A stretch of DNA of 22,096 bases from Candidatus Bipolaricaulia bacterium (GCA_046758705.1 JBHIAT010000046.1:1-22096); one strand, 5' to 3'. Shown: positions 1-8,831, counted from the stretch's first letter. Made by a program: numbers and translations. Notes: a model not told the origin generated them from the sequence alone.

Positions 1-383
1 CGGTTTTGCCCCTCTTCTTCCTGTTCCTGCGCCTGTTTCTTCTCGATCTCCGACCAGAGCACCAGCTTCTGGGGGAACATCTCCTGGCCACACTCGTTGC
101 AACGGACCACCCGGCCTCCATGGAGCGACTCCCAGTTCTCCGACAGGCAACAGGGCGTGACACCGACCTGTTTATGGACTCTGCCGGGATACCGCCTTCG
201 GGTCCGGTAGACCTCTATCAGCATGAGCAGCAGGCCAAACGCAATGGCAGGCAGGCCGAGACGAATCCCCGCGGTCGCCCCTCTCGCTCCGGCGCTCCCT
301 CCCCACAAGCTGAAGATCACCATGAAGATCCCGAACAGGATTACAAACACAGCGACATCGGTCAACCGCGAACCGGTCATCAT
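1..383 (-). CDS. Hypothetical membrane protein, two TM helices plus putative Zn-ribbon; runs off the window edge
   Basis: Not in the ORF track. My translation from ATG 383 is open to base 2: MMTGSRLTDVAVFVILFGIFMVIFSLWGG...LGLPAIAFGLLLMLIEVYRTRRRYPG...TPCCLSENW...VRCNECGQEMFP...RNRRRNRKKRGKT. SD-like AAGAAGGT upstream. The + ORF 6..398 is its antisense shadow. Confidence 0.75.
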   Translation of the reverse strand, partial: MMTGSRLTDVAVFVILFGIFMVIFSLWGGSAGARGATAGIRLGLPAIAFGLLLMLIEVYRTRRRYPGRVHKQVGVTPCCLSENWESLHGGRVVRCNECGQEMFPQKLVLWSEIEKKQAQEQEEEGQN

Positions 384-409
384 TGCCTACCTTCTTGAGC
401 CAAGCCATG

Positions 410-438
410 ATGAAATTCAGTTTTACTCCCAGTATAAT
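410..438 (+). promoter_or_regulatory. Putative sigma70 promoter for the helicase
   Basis: ATGAAA (410-415), 17 nt, perfect TATAAT (433-438); ATG at 461. Confidence 0.5.
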
Positions 439-460
439 AAATCGTCCATCGAAATACATT

Positions 461-2698
461 ATGACATCATCGATCGACTCGTTTATCACAATCCTGAAAC
501 GCCAGCCCTGGTACCAAGGTCAAATCGAGATCGTTCGGGTGATCCCCGGCCAAGCGGCCCGCTACGGAGTTTTGGAAAAACCGCTCCCGGACCCCGTGAA
601 CACCTATCTCAACCGGGAGAACCTCACGCTCTACACCCATCAGGTCAAGGCGATCGAGCAGATCCGGGGCGGGGAAAACGTTATTCTCACCACTCCGACC
701 GCCTCGGGCAAGACGCTGGCGTTCAACCTGCCAATCTTCGAACACCTGTATCATGACCGACGGGCGACTGCCCTCTACCTGTATCCGCTCAAGGCGCTTG
801 CCAACGACCAACTGGAGAAGCTACACCAGCTGGAGCGAGCGACCGGGATCGCCCTCGGGGCGAACATCTACGACGGCGACACCCCTCAGCATCTGAGACC
901 CAGGATCCGAGAGATCTCCCGTATCATCGTGAGCAACCCTTACGCCCTGCATCAGTACCTTCCGTGGCATCACAAATGGGCCCGGTTCTTCAAACATCTG
1001 AAGTTCGTGGTCATCGACGAAGCGCACCGCTATCGGGGCGTCTTCGGCTCAAACGTCGCCATGTTGATTCGCCGACTGGCTCGCATCTTGGAACGTCACG
1101 GTGCCGATCCGCAGTTCATTCTGTCGTCAGCGACGATCGCCAATCCTGAGGAGCATGCGCACAAGCTGATCGGCAAGGACGTGACGGTCATCGCTGAGGA
1201 CGGCTCGGACCACGGCGACCGGTACTTCCTGTTCTGGAATCCGGTCCATTACCCCGACCACTCGGTCCACCGCCAGACGAGTGACCTGCTCAGGTTGCAC
1301 GCCACGCAGGGGTTCCAGACGCTCTGTTTCACCATCTCCCGAGCGATGGCCGAACTGACCGCGCGCTGGGCGAAGGAGGCAACGAACGGCGAGGTGAAGA
1401 TCGCCGTCTATCGTGCTGGTTACCTCCCTGAGGAGCGTCGGGAGATCGAACGAGCGCTTCGCGACCGGGAACTGGATGCGGTCGCCTCCACCAACGCTCT
1501 CGAACTGGGGATCGACATCGGTGAGCTCGACGCGGTGATCATCGCCGGTTACCCGGGGACGGTCGTCTCAACCTGGCAGCAGGCGGGACGCGCCGGACGG
1601 GGAACCGCGCCCGCGGCTGTGACGCTCGTTGGGTTCGAGAACCCGCTCGATCAGTACTTCATGAGACACCCCGACCGGTTCTTTGAACGCCCCCATGAGC
1701 ACGCCATTATCGACTTAGACAACCTGCACATCAAGATGGGTCACCTGATGTGCGCCGCCGCCGAACTCCCGTTGCGTCAGGTCGATGAAAAACAGTTCGG
1801 CGACTTCGCACCGTTGCTTGAACCGTTGGAGGACCAGGGATTACTGGGATCGACACCCGTCGGTTGGGTCTATCAGGGGACCGCCCGGCCGGTCGACGTG
1901 GTGAACTTGGACAATATCTCTAACGAGATCGTCGAGGTGATCTGCGACGGGGAGACTCTGGAGACGATGGAAGTGCGGCAGGCCTACGCAGAGGCCCACC
2001 CAGGCGCCGTCCTGCTCCATCAGGGTGAGACCTACCTGGTCTCCGATCTCGACCTGGAACGGAACACGGCAACGGTCGTCAAAGAGGAGGTCGATCATTA
2101 CACCGATGCGCTACAGGTTACCAAGACCCGGATCTTGAACCCGGTAGACTGGAAAGATCACGGCGACTTTGAACTCGCTGTAGGCAACCTCCACGTGGCC
2201 GAGCGGTTCGTCAGCTACCAAGTCAGACGGTACGATCGCGTCCTTGGCCGATACGAACTCGACCTGCCGCCGATCGAGTTCGAGACAGTCGGGGTCTGGT
2301 TCACCGTGCCCGATGCACTCCGGCAGGCGGTGATCCAACGCGACGGCGATTGGGTCGGAGGGCTCCATGGAGCGGAGCACGCGATGATCGCTATGACGCC
2401 GTTCCACGCGATGTGCGACCGCTGGGACATCGGTGGATTGTCGACGCCATACCATCCGGACACCGGAGCTGCAACCATCTTTATCTACGATGGCTTCGAG
2501 GGCGGGATGGGCATCTCGGAGAAGATCTTTCAGCTCTTTCCTGAGCTGGTAAAGACGACCTACGAACTGATTCGCGACTGCGGCTGCGAGATGGGCTGTC
2601 CCTCCTGCATTTACTCTCCGAAGTGTGGCAATCAAAACGAACCGCTCGACAAGGCGGCCGCCCTGACCCTGCTCAAAGGGATCTTGGCACGGGTATAG
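461..2698 (+). CDS. DEAD/DEAH-box helicase with C-terminal DUF1998 Zn-binding domain (MrfA/YprA/Hrq1-like)
   Basis: Q motif LYTHQ, Walker A TPTASGKT, YPLKALANDQ, DEAH, SAT, TNALELGIDIG, QQAGRAGR, C-terminal CGCEMGCPSC...SPKCGN. Start moved from TTG 383 to ATG 461, which lies downstream of the TATAAT and avoids overlap with the divergent gene. Confidence 0.93.
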   Translation: MTSSIDSFITILKRQPWYQGQIEIVRVIPGQAARYGVLEKPLPDPVNTYLNRENLTLYTHQVKAIEQIRGGENVILTTPTASGKTLAFNLPIFEHLYHDRRATALYLYPLKALANDQLEKLHQLERATGIALGANIYDGDTPQHLRPRIREISRIIVSNPYALHQYLPWHHKWARFFKHLKFVVIDEAHRYRGVFGSNVAMLIRRLARILERHGADPQFILSSATIANPEEHAHKLIGKDVTVIAEDGSDHGDRYFLFWNPVHYPDHSVHRQTSDLLRLHATQGFQTLCFTISRAMAELTARWAKEATNGEVKIAVYRAGYLPEERREIERALRDRELDAVASTNALELGIDIGELDAVIIAGYPGTVVSTWQQAGRAGRGTAPAAVTLVGFENPLDQYFMRHPDRFFERPHEHAIIDLDNLHIKMGHLMCAAAELPLRQVDEKQFGDFAPLLEPLEDQGLLGSTPVGWVYQGTARPVDVVNLDNISNEIVEVICDGETLETMEVRQAYAEAHPGAVLLHQGETYLVSDLDLERNTATVVKEEVDHYTDALQVTKTRILNPVDWKDHGDFELAVGNLHVAERFVSYQVRRYDRVLGRYELDLPPIEFETVGVWFTVPDALRQAVIQRDGDWVGGLHGAEHAMIAMTPFHAMCDRWDIGGLSTPYHPDTGAATIFIYDGFEGGMGISEKIFQLFPELVKTTYELIRDCGCEMGCPSCIYSPKCGNQNEPLDKAAALTLLKGILARV

Positions 2699-2703
2699 AT
2701 TCT

Positions 2704-3411
2704 CTAATCAGTAAAAGTGATAAAGACAAAAATCTCGTTGTTTGCGCCCTCAAATCCCGGAGTGTTTGCCTCCACAACGATCACGACTCTATCACTAAAT
2801 TTGTAAATCTCCGTGATGCGATGACGGTAAGCCCCTTCACTACCCAATGGCGATTTTCCATCCGCATGAATAAGTCGGGATTCACCTCCATCCGCTAAAA
2901 GTATCTTTATTTTTTGGATTTCCACTGACAATGAATTTTCTTCACCTGTTTTTATCGCTTCTAAAATGATACTTTGATTGTCGGAAATTTTAATCCTGTT
3001 TGAGCCGTTTTCATTGCTGATATAATCTCCTAATTGACCCTTTGTTATATCGTACTGTTCAAATGCTGGTTGAGTGATATATTCCAAACGGCCCCGCAAG
3101 AAATTTTCAAAACAATCAAAATCAAATGTAAATGTTGTCATTCCTTGAATACATCCATAGAGCTCGAAAGAATCTCCGAAGGTTTTCTCAAGGTCCAACC
3201 GGACTTGAAAAACTGCGAAACGCTCATCCGTATTTAGAATCGTGAACTCATAAAAGGCGAACGGGAGAGGGTCGGGGATGATGATCTTTTCGTAAGCGAA
3301 ATATGCTCCTGAATCTGAAAATCCGATCGCATGAAAGTATTCCTCACGTGCGGCATATAGCTGAAACGATATGCTTGAAAAAATGATTAAAACAAGAAGT
3401 AATTTCCTCAT
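2704..3411 (-). CDS. Secreted protein, DUF2259-like
   Basis: Signal peptide MRKLLLVLIIFSSISFQLYA; IGFSDSGAYFAYE resembles the DUF2259 N-terminus; strong SD GAGGAGGT; AT-rich. Confidence 0.65.
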   Translation of the reverse strand: MRKLLLVLIIFSSISFQLYAAREEYFHAIGFSDSGAYFAYEKIIIPDPLPFAFYEFTILNTDERFAVFQVRLDLEKTFGDSFELYGCIQGMTTFTFDFDCFENFLRGRLEYITQPAFEQYDITKGQLGDYISNENGSNRIKISDNQSIILEAIKTGEENSLSVEIQKIKILLADGGESRLIHADGKSPLGSEGAYRHRITEIYKFSDRVVIVVEANTPGFEGANNEIFVFITFTD

Positions 3412-3459
3412 TGAACTACCTCCTCATTCATCCGGGGCAACCCATAAAATAGAAAGATC

Positions 3460-4038
3460 TCATTGCTGGTTCCCCTTTCGAGCGTACAACACCCACTCGC
3501 CTGGGGGCGCATCGACCCGATAGTAGTCGGACGGTAGACGGCCGAGCTTTTCAAAGCCCGCCTTTTGCAACGAACGCCGCTCGGCGGTGTTCTTCACCAT
3601 GGTATAAGCGAACACACTGTGAGTCTGTGATAATCCGAGAAGAAACTCCATCGCCAGCGCTTGAACGGAGGTACCATAGCCTTTACCTCGCTCTCCAGGA
3701 TCGGCGATGAAGATGTTCAGTTCCCAGTCGATCTTCTCAGGATCCGGATGAAACTGCCACTTTCTGTAATAAAACCTTCCCAACGGCCGACTGTCTGAGC
3801 TCGTTCGGATGAGAAAGTACCAGCGGTCCGGACTGTGGAGAAAGAGCGTTCGAAACCCGTCCTCGCTGATATCGGGAACCCGCTTGTAAGGACCTTGTGC
3901 GACGGGATCGAGGGTCCACTGGATCAGGAACTCGACGTTGCTCGGGTCCGCTGGTTCCAGCGTGACCGTCTCATTTCTCAACAGAGTTCCCAGCTGTTCT
4001 TCCCGGTTCAAGTCAAATCTCCTTTTTTTGTCTATCAC
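3460..4038 (-). CDS. GNAT family N-acetyltransferase (RimJ/RimL-like)
   Basis: Motif A ERGKGYGT and NTAERRSLQKAGF. GTG start overlaps the upstream stop (GTGA); alternative TTG start at 4011 with SD AAGGAG. Confidence 0.88.
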   Translation of the reverse strand: MIDKKRRFDLNREEQLGTLLRNETVTLEPADPSNVEFLIQWTLDPVAQGPYKRVPDISEDGFRTLFLHSPDRWYFLIRTSSDSRPLGRFYYRKWQFHPDPEKIDWELNIFIADPGERGKGYGTSVQALAMEFLLGLSQTHSVFAYTMVKNTAERRSLQKAGFEKLGRLPSDYYRVDAPPGEWVLYARKGNQQ

Positions 4039-4409
4039 AGTTCCTCTGCTTCTGTCTGATGTATCCGAATCCGATCGATCTCAACAATCCACAGCTTTTT
4101 CTCCACCGACATTCGGGTGAGTGCTTGAAGAAACCGCTGAACCAGTTGTTCCAGAAGAGCAAGGCTAGGATTACGAGGGACACGAATGACAGCGATGCCA
4201 TTCGCTTGATCAGGTGGGAAGCGGGTTACATCCGCGAAATCCAGGTCCAGCGTGACCAAACAGCGCTGTTCAGTACAACATACCTCATAGAGATGCTGAT
4301 CTGAACATCCCTGTAACTCCTGACTCCGAACTGTTTGAACATCGTGTTCTGCAGTGCGGAAAAGTTGCTGAGTGCGAGTTCCAAAGTTCTCATCGAGTTT
4401 GAACCTCAT
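4035..4409 (-). CDS. DUF5615 family PIN-like protein (VapC45-like toxin)
   Basis: MRFKLDEN...SDQHLYEVC...LVTLDLDF...GIAVIR; ATGA-coupled to the DUF433 gene. Confidence 0.9.
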   Translation of the reverse strand: MRFKLDENFGTRTQQLFRTAEHDVQTVRSQELQGCSDQHLYEVCCTEQRCLVTLDLDFADVTRFPPDQANGIAVIRVPRNPSLALLEQLVQRFLQALTRMSVEKKLWIVEIDRIRIHQTEAEEL

Positions 4410-4648
4410 TCTGTCGCCTCAACGGGGATGTCAACATATCTTTCTCGGGACATCTCGGCTCCGTAAGCGATGGCTGCGCGAACATCCTCCTCTGTCAATT
4501 GAGGGTACTCTTCGAGAACCTCCTCAATGCTCATCCCGGTGGCCAGGAAATCAAGAATCAGGGATACCCAGATGCGGGTGCCACGAATACAGGGTTTGCC
4601 GAAACAGACATTGGGGTCAACGGAAATACGCTGTAGAAGGGAGTTCAT
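4406..4648 (-). CDS. DUF433 domain protein (putative antitoxin)
   Basis: RISVDPNVCFGKPCIRGTRIWV...LATGMSIEEVLEEYPQLTEEDVRAAIAY; ATG 4648 has SD AAAGGAG (track start 4672). Confidence 0.92.
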   Translation of the reverse strand: MNSLLQRISVDPNVCFGKPCIRGTRIWVSLILDFLATGMSIEEVLEEYPQLTEEDVRAAIAYGAEMSRERYVDIPVEATE

Positions 4649-4736
4649 CTCTATTTCTCCTTTCTTGCTCATGGTCGCTTATCCATGAAGCCAGCAGACT
4701 CAGACTCACGTTATGAGAAACTTGCTCGCCCCGATC

Positions 4737-5354
4737 CTAAGAACGCTGCGTGAGCAGACGTTCTACCACCTCTTCTGCAAAAAGCCTTACCTGATAGCTC
4801 TTGATCACTTTCCCGAGTCCCAAGAAGACCTGCTGGTCTTTAGATTCGCTACGAACGATCGACTCCGATAACACCCCGAGGAATAAGAGACGAGAACCGA
4901 CTACTAACCCGCCACCACTGCTATAGCTTCCCTGGTTAAGCAGAAAAACAGGGCTACCACTAGACCCCGGAAACACCCCTGCATCGATGAGAAATGCGGG
5001 CTGTCCCCTAAAGTTGTTCCATGGGGGTGTTGCAGTGATTCCCCGTCTGACGATTGGCGTCACATTATGCTCGTCATAGAGACCACTTGGATAGCCTATA
5101 AAGGTTATCTCCTCTATCGCTGCAAGATTCTCCAGAACATCTCTTTCCGGGATCAAGTCAGGTGTAATCGCACGGTAGAAGGGATATCTTCCCGACACCT
5201 CCATTTGATTTAGAAGAGAGCCAATTGGAACAGCTGCTAGATCATTACGCGGGTCCATATGACGGATTAGAAACTCGCCATCGATTTCCGCATATTCAAC
5301 CCAGATCGGTACAGTGGTGTACAGCAGTTGAGTGCTCAGATCATTCAGATTCAT
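4737..5354 (-). CDS. Trypsin-like serine protease, apparently lacking the catalytic-His segment (possible pseudogene)
   Basis: NDLAAV (Asp), FIGYPSG and LIDAGVFPGSSGSPVF (Ser) present; no GTGF...TNxHV segment upstream of the Asp motif. Confidence 0.75.
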   Translation of the reverse strand: MNLNDLSTQLLYTTVPIWVEYAEIDGEFLIRHMDPRNDLAAVPIGSLLNQMEVSGRYPFYRAITPDLIPERDVLENLAAIEEITFIGYPSGLYDEHNVTPIVRRGITATPPWNNFRGQPAFLIDAGVFPGSSGSPVFLLNQGSYSSGGGLVVGSRLLFLGVLSESIVRSESKDQQVFLGLGKVIKSYQVRLFAEEVVERLLTQRS

Positions 5355-5906
5355 TGCTCACTTCCAAGATCCGAAACCCTATCAGGATCAGGTAGCTCTT
5401 TGAGAACTTCATCCGCAATCTCAGAAGGTTTCTTAATCGAAGTACTCCGTCTGAAAAAGTAGGCCACGAGCGTCCCGATCCCTATTATAGGGATCAGAAT
5501 ATAGAACGCTATCCCTCTCGAACTGCCTAGTACAACGTACAACTCCACTCTGCCACGCACTAACTGACGCCCCGACACACAACATTGATACGGCAAGAAG
5601 CAAGTCATTAATTGGGAACCGCGCTTCTTTAATTTTTGAGAGTAAGCGACGGCATCTATACAGTGTGTTAGCCCGGACTTGGACTACGAAGTCGCCCCGG
5701 TCTTGATCCGACAACTTAACCGGATAAGTCCTGGTAGTCGTTGTTAGATCATCAGTTGTATCTGTCCTAAAATCAGCAGCCGGGATACCCTCGGCAGTCG
5801 GTTGAGGCAGGTCGTCGTCAGGCATAACTTTTGAGGTTTGTTTATCCTCGGCTCCAAGCGGACGTTCCCTGCTCTTTTCTCCTGACTTACCCTTCATTTC
5901 CATCAT
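5351..5906 (-). pseudogene. Two-TM membrane protein gene frameshifted by a 7-bp tandem duplication
   Basis: GTACAAC occurs twice in tandem (5530-5536, 5537-5543). Removing one copy joins ORFs 5433..5906 and 5351..5608 into one 182-aa frame whose stop overlaps the protease ATG (ATGA). Confidence 0.8.
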
Positions 5907-6044
5907 TCCGGAGTTTACTGAACTCCTACAGCGTCGTCAACCCACCTATAGCTTAATCAGTCACCGACTGTTCTGTGCTCCATCTTAATATAAAGGATTA
6001 TCTATCGATAGCCTCATCTCTACATCCCTCAACCCAAGCCGGGT

Positions 6045-6073
6045 TTGAAAATCGAAGCCGTTTTCCATAGAAT
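6045..6073 (+). promoter_or_regulatory. sigma70 promoter for tsaB-etfBA
   Basis: TTGAAA (6045-6050), 17 nt, TAGAAT (6068-6073). Confidence 0.65.
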
Positions 6074-6078
6074 GGGTA

Positions 6079-6756
6079 ATGTCAGCGATGCTGACCCTAG
6101 GGATAGACACGGCCACAGAGATGGGGTGTGTCGCGCTCTGCCGCGGCCATGAACCGGTGGGGGAGCTGTCGTTCCCTGCCGCGATGAGCCAGTCGGAGCG
6201 ACTCCTTCCGGCGATCGAATCGCTGCTGGGGCAGGTCGAGACGAAGGCCGCAGAGATCGAACTGATCGCCGTCTCGCTCGGCCCCGGGTCGTTCACCGGC
6301 CTCAGGATCGGGATCGCAACGGCCAAAGGACTGGGGCGCGCGCTGGGAAGACCAGTGGTCGGCATCGCGACGATGGAAAGCTACATCGATCGTGTCGACT
6401 TCTGGTCCGGTCCGATCTTCGTTCTGATCTACGACCGACGCGATCTCGTCTACTGGGCGCGGTTCGAATCGGGGGAACCGCTCGGAGAAGAGCGCTCCGA
6501 CCCTATCGAGGCCGTCTTGGCCAAGGCGCCCTCGGGGACGCTGTTCGTCGGAACCGGAGCGGAACGGTATCGGGAGCAGATCATTCAGCAGGTGAGCAGG
6601 AGCCGCGTGGCTTCGTCCGCCCTGAACGGGCCTTCGGCCCTGAGCATCGCGAGATTGGGATGGCGCAAGTTCGAGCGGACCGGAGCGGATGAGCGGTACG
6701 AACTGGAGCCGCGTTACGCGCAACGGCCGCTGGCAGAGATTCGTTCCAAAGGATGA
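6079..6756 (+). CDS. tsaB: tRNA t6A biosynthesis protein TsaB
   Basis: LGIDTAT, SERLLPAIE, GPGSFTGLRIGIATAKGL, LEPRY; start is ATG 6079 or 6088. Confidence 0.95.
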   Translation: MSAMLTLGIDTATEMGCVALCRGHEPVGELSFPAAMSQSERLLPAIESLLGQVETKAAEIELIAVSLGPGSFTGLRIGIATAKGLGRALGRPVVGIATMESYIDRVDFWSGPIFVLIYDRRDLVYWARFESGEPLGEERSDPIEAVLAKAPSGTLFVGTGAERYREQIIQQVSRSRVASSALNGPSALSIARLGWRKFERTGADERYELEPRYAQRPLAEIRSKG

Positions 6757-6766
6757 GGTGATCGGG

Positions 6767-7528
6767 TTGAAGATCGCGGTCTGTATCAAGCGAGTGCCGG
6801 AGACCGGGGGGCGGTTGGAGTTGACCGACGACCGGATGGCCGTTGATACCTCCAACATGGACTTCGTGATCAACACCCACGACGAGAGCGCGGTCGAGGC
6901 GGCCATTCAGATCAAGGAGGCCGCCGGTGAAGGTGAAGCCCATATCACCATCCTCTCCCTCGGTCCGCCCGAGACGACCGAGGTGATCCGACAGGCGATC
7001 GCCATGGGAGCTGACGCGGGTGTGTTGCTCGAGTGTGAGGAGGGGGACCAAGATTGGGACGCCCATGCCATCGCAAACGCGCTCGTGAATGTGCTCAAAG
7101 ATCGGGAGGTCGATCTCTACCTCCTCGGTCGGGAGGCCGGGGATGACAACCACTATCAAGTGGGACCGATCATCGCGGAACGGCTCGATCTGCCGTTGGT
7201 CACCGGTGTCAGTCATCTGGAGGTCGCGGATGGCGTGGCAGCCGTCCGTCGTGAGACGGAGGTCGGCGATGAGGTCTATGAGATACAATTGCCAGCCGTG
7301 CTCACCGTGAACGACACGATGACCACGCCCCGCCATGCGTCGCTCCGCGGGATCATGCGGGCGAAGCGCACCGAACTCGAGGTATTCAAACCGGAGCGGG
7401 GGGAGCCGAAACTGCAACTTATCGGTCTGAAGAAACCACCCGAGCGCGAAGGCGGAGAGATCATCGGAGAGGGGCCGGAGGCCGTCCCCGAGTTGGTCAC
7501 CCGGTTGAAACAGGACGGGGTACTATAA
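6767..7528 (+). CDS. etfB: Electron transfer flavoprotein beta subunit (EtfB/FixA family)
   Basis: KIAVCIKRVP, INTHDESAVEAA, AIAMGAD, QVGPIIAERL, LPAVLTV; TTG 6767 preceded by SD GAGGTG. Confidence 0.93.
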   Translation: MKIAVCIKRVPETGGRLELTDDRMAVDTSNMDFVINTHDESAVEAAIQIKEAAGEGEAHITILSLGPPETTEVIRQAIAMGADAGVLLECEEGDQDWDAHAIANALVNVLKDREVDLYLLGREAGDDNHYQVGPIIAERLDLPLVTGVSHLEVADGVAAVRRETEVGDEVYEIQLPAVLTVNDTMTTPRHASLRGIMRAKRTELEVFKPERGEPKLQLIGLKKPPEREGGEIIGEGPEAVPELVTRLKQDGVL

Positions 7529-7532
7529 CAAA

Positions 7533-8522
7533 ATGATTTTAACTTTCATTGAAGCACGCGATGGAAAGCCGGTCGAGCCCGCACTCGAGGTTCTGGCCCA
7601 AGGACGGCAGTTGGCCGACGCATTGGGCACAACGCTGGAGGCCGTTCTGATCGGAGCTGGCCTTGAGCAGTCGGCCTCCGAATTGGGGCAGTTCGGCCCG
7701 GATCACCTGCTGCTCGCTGAAGACGAGCGGCTGAGCCACTACGCGCCGGAGGCGTTCACCCGGATCTTGACCGATGCCATTGAATCACGTTCACCCGAGA
7801 TCGTCCTCGGGGCAGCAACGGTCATGGGGAAAGACCTGCTGGGTCGGGTCGCCAGCAAACTGGAACTCGGCCTGGCAACCGATGTAACCGAGTTAGGTGT
7901 GGAAAATGGGACGCTCCAGGTGACCCGGGCGATCTGGGGCGGCAGCGTTCTCGCCGAGGTGGAATTCCACACGACACCGAAGCTGATGACGCTCACACCC
8001 GGGGAGTTCCCACTGGACTCCTGGGAACCGGAATCGAAATCGATCCAAGAACCCGAGGTCGAGCGTCTCGATGTCGCGCTCGAGGACCGGGACTTCCGCG
8101 TCGTCGTTCGGGAAGTCATCCAGCCGGAGCACAAAGGGGTCGAGCTTACCCAGGCCCGAACGGTCATCGCTGGAGGGCGTGGGGTCGGCGGGTCGGAGGG
8201 ATTTGAGATGCTCCAAGAATTGGCCGACCTGCTTGACGGAGCGGTCGGTGCCAGCCGGGTGGCGACCAACAACGGTTGGATCTCCCCTGACCGCCAGATC
8301 GGCCAGACCGGTAAGTCGGTCTTCCCAGACCTGTACATCGCCTGCGGCATCTCCGGCGCGATCCAGCACATCGTCGGTTGCAAGGGGTCCAAGGTGATTG
8401 TGGCCATCAACAAAGATCCTGAGGCTCCGATCTTCAAGCTCGCCGACCACGGAATCGTCGGGGATCTGTTAGAGATCGTCCCGGCGCTGATCGAAGAGAT
8501 AAAGAAAGCTCGTAGCGAATAA
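7533..8522 (+). CDS. etfA: Electron transfer flavoprotein alpha subunit (EtfA/FixB family)
   Basis: AGGRGVG, VGASRVA, QIGQTGK, YIACGISGAIQHIVG, AINKDPEAPIF. Confidence 0.96.
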   Translation: MILTFIEARDGKPVEPALEVLAQGRQLADALGTTLEAVLIGAGLEQSASELGQFGPDHLLLAEDERLSHYAPEAFTRILTDAIESRSPEIVLGAATVMGKDLLGRVASKLELGLATDVTELGVENGTLQVTRAIWGGSVLAEVEFHTTPKLMTLTPGEFPLDSWEPESKSIQEPEVERLDVALEDRDFRVVVREVIQPEHKGVELTQARTVIAGGRGVGGSEGFEMLQELADLLDGAVGASRVATNNGWISPDRQIGQTGKSVFPDLYIACGISGAIQHIVGCKGSKVIVAINKDPEAPIFKLADHGIVGDLLEIVPALIEEIKKARSE

Positions 8523-8560
8523 CTCATCGCTCAAAGACGAACGGAAGGAGAGAATTCAGA

Positions 8561-8773
8561 ATGGCACAGGTCTGCGAAATCTGTGGCAAACAGCCGGACT
8601 TCGGCCAGACGCGCAGCCACTCCAACCGGGCCACCAAACGAAAGCGACGGCCGAATATCCAGAGGATCAAGGTATGGCAAGACGGCCGCAAGGTGCGGGT
8701 GCGTGTCTGCACGCGATGTCTGAAGGCCGGAAAGGTAAACAAAGCGATAGCCGGCAGCCGCCCCTCACAGTAG
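8561..8773 (+). CDS. rpmB: 50S ribosomal protein L28 (Zn-binding CxxC/CxxC type)
   Basis: CEICGK...SHSNRATKR...PNIQ...VCTRCLKAGKV; SD AAGGAG. Confidence 0.97.
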   Translation: MAQVCEICGKQPDFGQTRSHSNRATKRKRRPNIQRIKVWQDGRKVRVRVCTRCLKAGKVNKAIAGSRPSQ

Positions 8774-8799
8774 AGCTGACTTCAACGAGGGTCAGTCTC
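8773..8799. terminator. Imperfect hairpin between convergent rpmB and ybhB
   Basis: GAGCTGAC...GTCAGTCTC stem; no clean U-tract. Confidence 0.3.
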
Positions 8800-8831
8800 A
8801 ACAATTTCCCAAAATTTTATCATGGTGGCCG

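Noticed and set aside
6-398. + strand ORF of 130 aa and similar long antisense ORFs (6097-6906, 6581-7417, 7739-8527, 10082-11302, 15336-16097, 20357-21235)
   Set aside because: They lie opposite recognisable genes and have no motifs; typical shadows in GC-rich DNA.
461-2698. Helicase as part of DISARM or Druantia
   Set aside because: The single-chain DEAH+DUF1998 architecture fits MrfA/YprA-type repair helicases, and no methylase, PLD or other partner gene is in the window.
2699-5984. Integron cassette array
   Set aside because: No paired RYYYAAC...GTTRRRY attC structures seen between genes, several genes overlap, and there is no integrase.
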